Source: an uncultured Verrucomicrobiota bacterium (lineage in GTDB: Bacteria; Verrucomicrobiota; Verrucomicrobiia; Limisphaerales; UBA1319). From it: DNA of 64,000 bases. Positions 37,917-45,404 of the stretch are shown here, in pieces. The notes beneath the pieces were generated by a model. It was not told the origin of the DNA. It made no database searches and was given only the letters and a program-made list of their open reading frames with translations. The stretch spans positions 29,771-93,770 of the forward strand of contig CAYPCQ010000010.1 of assembly GCA_964409245.1 (NCBI GenBank). Reading direction: 5' to 3'. Position numbers and translations under genes: made by a program. Within the stretch, counting starts at the first letter, position 1. Each line of letters opens with the position of its first letter.

Positions 37917-38348
37917 GATCCGCCTCGTCGTTGCCTCGGCGGCTACCTGCGTTGGGTTTGCGTATGCAACGGGATGAATTGCTTGACCAACGCGGGTAGC
38001 CGCCGACGTGCGGAGGCGGACCTGAACCGTGCGTAGGTCTATGCGGCGGGAATTGTAGGTGCCGGGTTTTTGGGAAATTGGACCAGGATTGAAATTTGCC
38101 CGCGGCGGATCCGCCTCGTTGCCTCGGCGGCTACCTGCGTTGGGTTTACGCTTGCAACGGCGGTGTTTGTCCGCCCAAGGCGGGTAGCCGCCGACGTGCG
38201 GAGGCGGACCTGAACCGTGCGTAGATCTATGCTGCGGCAATGGTGCGTGCCGGGTCTTGGGGAAATTGGACCAGGATTGAAATTCGCCACCGTCAGATCC
38301 GCCTCGTTACCTCGGCGGCTACCAGCGTTGGGTTTACACCTGCAACGG
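37917..38348. repeat. Tandem array: 2.3 copies of a ~188-191-bp hairpin-forming intergenic repeat
   Basis: Unit starts (gatccgcctcg...) lie at 37917, 38108 and 38296. Each full unit has a 5' arm ccgcctcgttgcctcggcggctacc and a 3' arm ggtagccgccgacgtgcggaggcgg (7+12 bp complementary around a 6-nt bubble), about 47 nt apart. The third copy is truncated after ...tgcaacgg. Confidence 0.9.
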
Positions 38349-38410
38349 CCTTTTTTGCCCCCCGGCTGCCCTGGCGTGGGCCGGGCGGCAGAGGGGGGCT
38401 TGGCGCGTGA

Positions 38411-39400
38411 CTACGGTTTGGCGCCCGGGGCGGGCCGCTTGAGGTCTTTCAGATACTGGTCGAAGAATTCGTCGATCACGCCGCCGATCTGCACCTCCAG
38501 GAAGCCGTGCTGGCCGCCGGGCACGGGGTGGAAACGGACGGGAACCTCGGCGGCTTTGAGGGCGGCCACGAGCAGCTCGCTTTGGTTGAAAGGCACCAGC
38601 TGATCGGCGGTGCCGTGCAAGATCAGGAAGGGAGGATCGTCGCGGGAAACATATTTGATCGGATTGGCGGCGGCCGCTTTTTCCGGATTATCCTGGATGG
38701 GGCCGCCAATCAGCCTGGATTCCGGGGATTCGGCCGCATTGTGGGGGAAGAGCCCGCCGCCGGCGGCATCCATTTTCAGGAAATCGGTGGGGCCGAACAT
38801 ATCGACCACGGCGTTCACCTGGCTGGGAAACGCCTTCCATCCGCCTTCGCCTTCCAGCTCCGCCACGCCGGCGGAGGTGCCCAGGAGGGCCGCCAGGTGC
38901 GCACCGGAGGACATGCCCCAGACCCCGATGCGGTCGGGGTTGAGGTTGAATTCCCGGGCCTTGGCGCGCAGGAACCGGATGGCGCATTTGGCATCGTGGA
39001 TCTGGGCCGGGAACAAGGCCTGCTGGCTGAACCGGTAGTCGATGCTGGCGCAGAAATAGCCGCGCTCGGCGAACCGCACCAGGTGGTTGGTGCCCTGGTT
39101 CCGGTTCCCGCTGCGCCACGCGCCGCCGAAGAGGAACACGATCGCCGGCATCGGTTTGGCCTGTTTCTCCACGGGCCGCAGGACGGTCATTTTGAGGACG
39201 TTGGTGCCCCCTTTGCCGAATTCCACCGCGGGCAGCACTTCGATCTTGAGCTGGGGCTGGGCTTGGGGCTGGGGATCATTCGCCGCCGCCAGACTCCCGG
39301 CCGCCAGACTCCCGGCCGCCAGACTCCCGGCCGCCAGACTCCCGGCCGCCAAACCGCCTGCCGCCACCATGGCCAACACCGCTAACACGCTTTTATTCAT
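38411..39400 (-). CDS. Secreted alpha/beta-hydrolase (esterase/lipase, carbohydrate-esterase-like)
   Basis: Start at the Met at 39400 (MNKSVLAVLAMVAAGG...). FLFGGAWRSGN oxyanion region, nucleophile elbow GVWGMSSGAHLA, C-terminal ...FLILHGTADQLVP...GGQHGF (Asp/His region). Confidence 0.85.
   Translation of the reverse strand: MNKSVLAVLAMVAAGGLAAGSLAAGSLAAGSLAAGSLAAANDPQPQAQPQLKIEVLPAVEFGKGGTNVLKMTVLRPVEKQAKPMPAIVFLFGGAWRSGNRNQGTNHLVRFAERGYFCASIDYRFSQQALFPAQIHDAKCAIRFLRAKAREFNLNPDRIGVWGMSSGAHLAALLGTSAGVAELEGEGGWKAFPSQVNAVVDMFGPTDFLKMDAAGGGLFPHNAAESPESRLIGGPIQDNPEKAAAANPIKYVSRDDPPFLILHGTADQLVPFNQSELLVAALKAAEVPVRFHPVPGGQHGFLEVQIGGVIDEFFDQYLKDLKRPAPGAKP
39286..39360. repeat. 15-bp in-frame tandem repeat (4 perfect + 1 degenerate copy) inside the esterase signal-peptide region
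   Basis: ccgccagactcccgg x4 (39286-39345), then ccgccaaaccgcctg. It encodes (AAGSL)n in MVAAGGLAAGSLAAGSLAAGSLAAGSLAAAN. Confidence 0.95.
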
Positions 39401-39619
39401 GATTGTCAGTAAAACCTTCCACTTGGACGCCACCCCGGAGCCACCCATTCATCCGCGGCGGCCCCGGATTCCGGACTGCTTAACAAAAGCGGCCGGGCCT
39501 GTCCACTATGTTAACAACCGGCGGAACTGAAAGTTGCGCCGCGTCGCGGCAGCCGCTATTTCCATTGACGGAGCCGTGCGGCGGGCGCGATAATCCCCAA
39601 AAAGGACTGGGTTTGACAT

Positions 39620-40639
39620 ATGAAAACAACGATCCGTTCACTTACCTGGCTGCTGGCTTTGAGCCCCTGGCCCGGCCTGCTGGCCGGATCCCTCCAACGC
39701 GATCTGGTGGTGCATCTGGCCTTTGACGCCGGGTTGCAGGATTCCTCGGGCCTGGCCAACCACGCCACCGCGGGGGGCCCCGTGGAGTTCAAGCCGGGGC
39801 GGCTGGGCCAGGCGGTGCGGGTGACCGTCTCCGCCGATGGCGCCACGAACAACGTGGTGTGGCTGGGCTACCCGCCGGCCTTGAAATTCGGCAGCCTGGC
39901 CGAGGCCGGGGCGGTGGATTTCTCGGCGGCTTTTTGGATCAACCTCGCCCGGCAAGCGGGCGACCAGCCCCTGTTGAGCAATAAAGATTGGAATAGCGGC
40001 GCCCATCCGGGCTGGGGCATCTTCAGCCAGCCCGATGGCTCGTTCAAATGGAATTACTGCGATGACTCCGGCGCGGACCGCAAGGACGGGGAGGCGCCCG
40101 GCAACCTGCGCGACGGCCAATGGCACCACGTGGCGGTGGTCTTTGAACGGCGCGCGGCGGCCCGCACTTACCTGGATGGCCAGCCGGTCCGCGCGGGCAG
40201 CCTGGCGCCCGCGGCCGGCCAGCCCGGGGGCAGCGCGGACACCGACGCCCGCGGCTTCAGCGTCTGCCTGGGCACGGATGGCACCGGCTTTTACAACGCC
40301 GGGGGCACGGCTGGACTCGACGCGCTGTTTGACGACCTGGGGATCTGGCGGCGGGCGCTGGCGGACACCGAGGTGCAGCGGATTTACACCGCGGCCCAGG
40401 CGGGGAAGGATTTGTCGCAGATCGCCGAGGTGTCCGGCCCGGTCATCACGGAGGTGCGAAAAACGGGCGGCAGCCTGTTTTTCAGCTGGGCCGGCGGCCA
40501 GGCGCCCTACCAGGTGCAAAAGACGGCGCGCCTGGACAGCCCCGCCTGGGAAAACCTGGGGCTGCCTGGCAACGGCGCCCGCTTCACCAACCAAATCAGC
40601 GGCGCGGCCACCTTTTTCCGGGTGATCAGCTCGCCCTGA
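39620..40639 (+). CDS. Secreted LamG (concanavalin-A-like lectin) domain protein with shared C-terminal module
   Basis: Signal peptide MKTTIRSLTWLLALSPWPGLLAG. LamG pattern ...GRLGQAVRV...DGQWHHVAVVF...FDDLGIWRRALADTEVQRIY. Ends ATFFRVISSP. Confidence 0.85.
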   Translation: MKTTIRSLTWLLALSPWPGLLAGSLQRDLVVHLAFDAGLQDSSGLANHATAGGPVEFKPGRLGQAVRVTVSADGATNNVVWLGYPPALKFGSLAEAGAVDFSAAFWINLARQAGDQPLLSNKDWNSGAHPGWGIFSQPDGSFKWNYCDDSGADRKDGEAPGNLRDGQWHHVAVVFERRAAARTYLDGQPVRAGSLAPAAGQPGGSADTDARGFSVCLGTDGTGFYNAGGTAGLDALFDDLGIWRRALADTEVQRIYTAAQAGKDLSQIAEVSGPVITEVRKTGGSLFFSWAGGQAPYQVQKTARLDSPAWENLGLPGNGARFTNQISGAATFFRVISSP

Positions 40640-43600
40640 TCACGGTTGGGGTGTGGCCTGGAGGCGGTAGAAGCGCTTGGTGGCGGCCCCGGGATCCCGC
40701 ACCGTCACCACCCCGCCGGTGGCGGGTGGGAGGTTGGTGAGCGAAAGCCAGGCGGCGTTGGTGAGGGCATCCTTAAAAAGCACCACATAGGCGCGGTTGC
40801 TGGCGGCCTGGAAGGTGAGCGTGGCGAGCGGATCCCGGGCGATCCGGCTGATCTTCAGGCAGCTATGCGGATCCCGCGGATCCGTGCCAGCCAGGAATTC
40901 CTCGTAATTGGTGGCCCCATCCTGATCCGCATCGGCGGCGGCATCGGCGGGATCCTGCGGATCCAGCTGGTGGGCGGTCTCCCAGGAATCGGGCAGGCCG
41001 TCGTGGTCCGAGTCCAGGCTCGCGGGGGTGGGGGCAAACACGCCGTCGATGGCGGCGCTCCAGAGGCCGCCGTAGCGGGCGCGGGCGCGGATGCGCAGCG
41101 GGCCGGGGAGCGCGATGGGCTGGGCGTAGGTTTGCGCGGCGGCAGCCAGGACGCCATTGGCGCCGCGGGGGTCCACGCCGTTGGTCGTGAACCAGATGGC
41201 GTGGGCGGCATTGGTCTGGACCAGCGCCACATAGCTGGCGGGCGGGGGGCCGGCCTCGTAGCGGCTGAAGGCGGGCGGCCCCAGCGTGGGGAACAGGCTC
41301 ACGCTTTTGAAGCGCTGGATGGCCACGGGATGATTCCCGGGCCAGTAGAGGTCTTTTTGCCAGGCCATTTCGCGCAGCCAATGCCCCTCGCGGGTATAGG
41401 GGGGCCTTTGGCGGGCATCGCCCCACCGGGCGGATTCCCCCACCATCGCGTAATCCAGCTCCAACTGGCGGATCTCCCAGCGCCGGGAGCAGGCCTCCGG
41501 GGTCAGCAACCCCTGGTCCGCGATCAGTTGCTGGAGGCGGTCGCTGAACTGCTGGCGGAAGGAGGCGTTGCGGCGCAGGCGGTCGTAGATGACCCCGGGC
41601 GAATTGGGCGTGGTGACCGCCGCGAACGGCTCGTTGCCCAGGGTGACCTTGCGGGAGAGGTAATCATTGCTGATTTCCTGGTCCCATGCGTAAAACCGGA
41701 AGCCCTCGCTCAGGGGGCCGCGCCGGCGCGAGGCCCACCAGTTGTGCACCGGCCAGTCCTCGGCCCCGGAATAGATGTGCGCGATCATGTAATCGACGAA
41801 ATTGGCCAGGTCCAGGCAGACCGGGAAATCCGGATTGCGCGTGCCATCGGGATGCCGTCCCTGGATCCGCTGGAATTCAGCTTCGCCCGGGAAACCGGCG
41901 TCCACCAGGGCCATCATTTGATCCCAGGCCGCGCGGCTGCCGGCATCCACCTCCACGTAGTCCTTGACGACGTCGTATTCGGCTTTGCTCCCGCCGAAAT
42001 ACTCCTCGTTCCACCCGTCGTTCATAAGTTCCACGAGGTTGTAAACGCCCCAATACAGGCCGTTGAGGTAGAGGTTGACATACCGGCCATGGGCGGCGGG
42101 CTGGCCGAGGTCGCGCAGGGTGTCGCGCAGCCATTGGTCGCGCATATAGGTGGCCTTGGCCCGCCACCAGCGCACGCTGCCATCGCCCGATTGGTTGGGG
42201 GGATTCTCGATGGGCCAGGAATCGGTGGAGCAGGCCCGCAGGACCAATTGGTCGAACTTGTGGACCCGGGTGTCGGCGAACAGGGGATAGTCCAGCTTGG
42301 GGAGGCCATATTGGGCCCGGAACACCACGCGGAGGGAATGTTTCAAGGTGGCGGAATGCCCCCGGCTGTAGGCGCCATGGAGGTGCACGCCGGCGTCCGC
42401 CTGGAAACCGGGCCGGGCATCGGCGAAGAGCAGCTCCACCGCCGCCGGGCGCTCCCAGGCAGGCCCCGGCTGGGAGGAGTTGTTGTAAATCCCCCGCTGG
42501 GCCCCGAAGAGGTCGTCCGGGCTGGCGGTGAGGCAGAGGCCCGGCAGGGAGGTGAGGGCGTTGGTGACCGAGTAACCGGGCCGGGCCGGGCTGGCCACGG
42601 TGGCGTCCATGCCGTAATCGGCGGTGGCGCCGCTCCAGGCGGCGGGCAAGCCGGGCTGGCTGGCCGGCTGCCGGGCCACCAGGGCGGGGAACACATAGGT
42701 GTGGGTGGCCACGGGGCCGGGCAGCCAGCCGGGCCGGAACGCCGCCAGGCGCAGCACCGTGGTCTGGGTGATGGTGAGCGGGGCGGTCCAGGCCAGCCCA
42801 TTGGAGAGGGTGGGCAGGCTGCCATCCAGGGTGAACCGGATTCCGGCCGCCGCATCTCCCGATGCCGCCCGCACCTCGACGGGCGCGGAATAAAAGCCCC
42901 GGCCGGGCGCCACGGACACCTCCCCCAGCCAGCCCGCGAAGCGCGGGCCATTAGGCTGGCCGGGGGTGGGCCGGAAAAAGCCGCAGGAAACCTCGGCCTT
43001 TTCGCGGGCCAGGAGCTCCGGCTGGAGGAAAAACACGGCGTTGGTGGCGGCCTGGCTCAAACCAAGGAGGGCGAGGATATTCGGGCCGGCGCGCAGCCGC
43101 GGCAAATAGGCCGAGAGGTCGAAGGTTTCCGGCTGCAGGGCGCTGGCCTCGGGCCGGTTGGTGAGGGCCAGCGAGCCGGCCTCCGGAGGTTCCGGAGCGT
43201 TGCCGGCCGCCACCCGCTCGCCGTTGAGCCAGGCCGTGAATCCGTCCTTGTAGCACAGGCGCAGCAGCAGGCGGTCATAAGCCGGGGCCGCCGCCGGCAC
43301 CGTGAAAGGGATCCGGAGGCAGACGGCGGTCCGCTGGCGGTACATAGCGCTTTGGAGATCGGTCAGGATCAGGCTCCGCAGCGAGCCGCGCACGGTGGCC
43401 TGGAGCGAGTAAGCCCGGTCGAAGGATTGTCCCGCGCCCAGGTTTTCGCCCACGGCGAAGCGGGTGTGCTGCTGGAACCAGCGGATGGTGGCCGCCGAGC
43501 TGCCTTCGAAAGCGGGCACGCCGGTGTTGTCGGCGCCGTTGGAGCCATCCTTCCAGCCGAAAAAGAAGCCCGGGCCGACCCGGGCGGCGCCGGATTTGAG

Positions 43601-44518
43601 CTCGAACGGGTAATGCTGCTCGCCGGCGCCGGTGCTGGTGCGGGTGGCGCCCACCCCGGAAACGAGGTAGTCCCCATTGTTTTCCAGGCGCAGCAGCACC
43701 GGGGTGATCATCCGGGTGGTGGTGCTGTGGAAGGCCCACTCCGTCACGTCGCCGGCCTCGGCGAAACCGGCGCTGGCCAGCACGAACAGGCTGCCGGAGG
43801 CGGTGTCGTAAACCGTCCGGCTGGCCAGGGTCTCCCCCACCGTCTCCACCGGCGGCCCCACCGGCGACCCGGAGACATCGTACCCGGCGGCGGCCCGGGC
43901 GGCGGCCCAGCCGGCGCTGGTGGAATCGTCGAACGGCTCGGCGCCGCCCGTCCAGCCGGCGGCGGGCAAACCGGCGGCGGGAACCTGGAGGCGGGCCACG
44001 CTCGAGCCGGATACCAGGAGGTTGGTGGCAGCGGTCATGCCTGGGCCGTAAGATATATCCCTGCCTTGGGCGGGATAGTTGGGCTGGCAGGCATCAGCGA
44101 GGCTCAAGTCCGGCCGCCGCAGCGCCAGGTAGCCGCTTTCGGCGCGGAGCTTGAAATTGGTGTGCAGCTCGCGGCCCGCCTGCGCGCGGTCCTTGCCGGA
44201 GGCGAAGACCACCAGGAAGGCGCCGGGCGGCAGGTTCGTGGCGGGGAACTGCCAGCGGGCGGGCTGGGCCGGGTCGTCGGTGAGATGCCAGCCGCCCAGG
44301 CTGGCGGCCGCCACCCCGGCATTATGGATCTCGATCCAATCCGGCCGGCTGCCATCCTCGTCCGCCAGGCCGCAGGCATTATCCGCGAGGAACTCGCTGA
44401 TGACCACCTCCGGCGGGGCGGCCTCCGCGGCGCGGGCGGCCGCGGCGGCGCCCAGGAGGGCGGCCACCAGGCTGGCCACCGCGGGCCGGACCCATCCGTT
44501 GACCCGGGCCGCAATCAT
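40640..44518 (-). CDS. CotH-kinase-family protein with N-terminal lamin-tail domain (LTD), chitobiase/Fn3-like domain, calcium-binding-like Asp repeats and shared C-terminal module
   Basis: LTD VVISEFLADN...DWIEIHNAG...GWHLTDD. CotH core ...LKHSLRVVF...YVNLYLNGLYWGVYNLVE.... DSDHDGLPDSWE...DADQDGATNYEEFLAGTDP. Ends KRFYRLQATPQP. Start at the Met at 44518 (ATGA overlap with the upstream stop). Confidence 0.85.
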   Translation of the reverse strand: MIAARVNGWVRPAVASLVAALLGAAAAARAAEAAPPEVVISEFLADNACGLADEDGSRPDWIEIHNAGVAAASLGGWHLTDDPAQPARWQFPATNLPPGAFLVVFASGKDRAQAGRELHTNFKLRAESGYLALRRPDLSLADACQPNYPAQGRDISYGPGMTAATNLLVSGSSVARLQVPAAGLPAAGWTGGAEPFDDSTSAGWAAARAAAGYDVSGSPVGPPVETVGETLASRTVYDTASGSLFVLASAGFAEAGDVTEWAFHSTTTRMITPVLLRLENNGDYLVSGVGATRTSTGAGEQHYPFELKSGAARVGPGFFFGWKDGSNGADNTGVPAFEGSSAATIRWFQQHTRFAVGENLGAGQSFDRAYSLQATVRGSLRSLILTDLQSAMYRQRTAVCLRIPFTVPAAAPAYDRLLLRLCYKDGFTAWLNGERVAAGNAPEPPEAGSLALTNRPEASALQPETFDLSAYLPRLRAGPNILALLGLSQAATNAVFFLQPELLAREKAEVSCGFFRPTPGQPNGPRFAGWLGEVSVAPGRGFYSAPVEVRAASGDAAAGIRFTLDGSLPTLSNGLAWTAPLTITQTTVLRLAAFRPGWLPGPVATHTYVFPALVARQPASQPGLPAAWSGATADYGMDATVASPARPGYSVTNALTSLPGLCLTASPDDLFGAQRGIYNNSSQPGPAWERPAAVELLFADARPGFQADAGVHLHGAYSRGHSATLKHSLRVVFRAQYGLPKLDYPLFADTRVHKFDQLVLRACSTDSWPIENPPNQSGDGSVRWWRAKATYMRDQWLRDTLRDLGQPAAHGRYVNLYLNGLYWGVYNLVELMNDGWNEEYFGGSKAEYDVVKDYVEVDAGSRAAWDQMMALVDAGFPGEAEFQRIQGRHPDGTRNPDFPVCLDLANFVDYMIAHIYSGAEDWPVHNWWASRRRGPLSEGFRFYAWDQEISNDYLSRKVTLGNEPFAAVTTPNSPGVIYDRLRRNASFRQQFSDRLQQLIADQGLLTPEACSRRWEIRQLELDYAMVGESARWGDARQRPPYTREGHWLREMAWQKDLYWPGNHPVAIQRFKSVSLFPTLGPPAFSRYEAGPPPASYVALVQTNAAHAIWFTTNGVDPRGANGVLAAAAQTYAQPIALPGPLRIRARARYGGLWSAAIDGVFAPTPASLDSDHDGLPDSWETAHQLDPQDPADAAADADQDGATNYEEFLAGTDPRDPHSCLKISRIARDPLATLTFQAASNRAYVVLFKDALTNAAWLSLTNLPPATGGVVTVRDPGAATKRFYRLQATPQP

Positions 44519-45321
44519 AGCGGCCGCACCCAGATATTGCGGAAACGCACCGGGCAATCATGGGCGCCCAGGACCAGCGGCCCGCGGCTGATTTGGCGCC
44601 GGTATTCGGGCAGGATGCGGTGGCCGGTTTCCCCGTGGACCGGCTCAGCCAGGTGGGCCAGCAGCCCGTTGTGGAACAGGGTGACCCGGGCCGGCTGCGC
44701 CAGGCGGCCCCCGTCAAAAACCGGGGCGGTGAACACGATATCGAAGGTTTGCCACTCCCCCGGCGGGCGGGAGGCGTTGACCAGCGGCGGGGTCTGGCCG
44801 TAGATCGCGGCGGCCTGGCCATCCGGGTAGATCTTCTCCTTCCAGGAATCGAAGATCTGGATCTCGTAAAGGCCCATGAGGAGAACCCCGTTGTTGCCCC
44901 GGTTATACCAGGGGCCTTGGAAATGGGCGGGCGCCATCCATTCCAGGTGGATCTGGCAGCTGCCGAAATGGGTGCGCGAGGCCAGGCCACCCGTGGCCGC
45001 CACCAGGCAGCCGTCCACCACCTGCCAGTCGCTCTTCTGCCACGGGTCCAGGCCGGAGCCGTCGAACAAGACCACGGCGTCCGCGGGGGGCTTGGCGGTT
45101 TGCTCCAGGGCCGGCCCGGGGTGGACCCGCCGGGGCGCAGGCCGGTCGGCGTCATGGACCCGGAAGCCGCACCAAGGCAGCACGGGGGTGTCGCTGTAGC
45201 CATAGACGCCGGAGCCGTCCCGGGCCTGGACGAGGTCGGCGGCGGGCAGCCGGGCGGAGTATTCGAGGGCGGCCCCCAGCAGGGTGGCCACGAGCCAATG
45301 GGGCAGGCAGTAACGGTTCAT
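44515..45321 (-). CDS. DUF1080 (3-keto-disaccharide-hydrolase-like, ConA-like fold) protein, secreted
   Basis: N-terminal hydrophobic leader; ...WQVVDGCLVA...GNNGVLLMGLYEIQIFDS...PVRFRNIWVRPL is the characteristic DUF1080 pattern. Confidence 0.85.
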   Translation of the reverse strand: MNRYCLPHWLVATLLGAALEYSARLPAADLVQARDGSGVYGYSDTPVLPWCGFRVHDADRPAPRRVHPGPALEQTAKPPADAVVLFDGSGLDPWQKSDWQVVDGCLVAATGGLASRTHFGSCQIHLEWMAPAHFQGPWYNRGNNGVLLMGLYEIQIFDSWKEKIYPDGQAAAIYGQTPPLVNASRPPGEWQTFDIVFTAPVFDGGRLAQPARVTLFHNGLLAHLAEPVHGETGHRILPEYRRQISRGPLVLGAHDCPVRFRNIWVRPL

Positions 45322-45404
45322 ATTTTTGAACCCACTTCAATGCGGGATTCGCCGCCGAAGTCAAAACAAAACACCAGCCAAAACGCCAGCCGCCGGGAGG
45401 GCGG

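Noticed and set aside
38071-38096. Sigma-54-type promoter (TGG-N-TTGA) in the repeat unit segment ttgggaaattggaccaggattgaaa
   Set aside because: The spacing is one nt short of the TGGCAC-N5-TTGC consensus, the -12 GC is absent, and the solo copy at 62460 does not preserve it.
37890-38290. ORFs 37890-38240 and 38039-38290 (minus strand) with repeated peptide IDLRTVQVRLRTSAATR
   Set aside because: The repeated peptide simply mirrors the ~190-bp DNA tandem repeat. The frames differ between copies and indels break them, and there is no start or RBS context.
37917-38348. CRISPR array hypothesis for the tandem repeats
   Set aside because: The units are ~190 bp and directly abutting, with no short repeat/unique spacer alternation. 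No cas genes are present in the window.
38341-38400. T-run plus GC-rich hairpin (gcccccc...ggggggc) just downstream of the esterase stop as a terminator
   Set aside because: The orientation is wrong. On the minus strand (the esterase sense) the hairpin is followed by an A-run rather than a T-run, and on the plus strand the T-run precedes the hairpin.
40646-44803. 1385-aa plus-strand ORF antisense to the CotH and DUF1080 genes
   Set aside because: It is Gly/Arg/Ala/Pro-rich low-information sequence with no recognisable motifs. The opposite strand encodes clear LTD, CotH and DUF1080 signatures. Long stop-free antisense frames are expected at this GC content.
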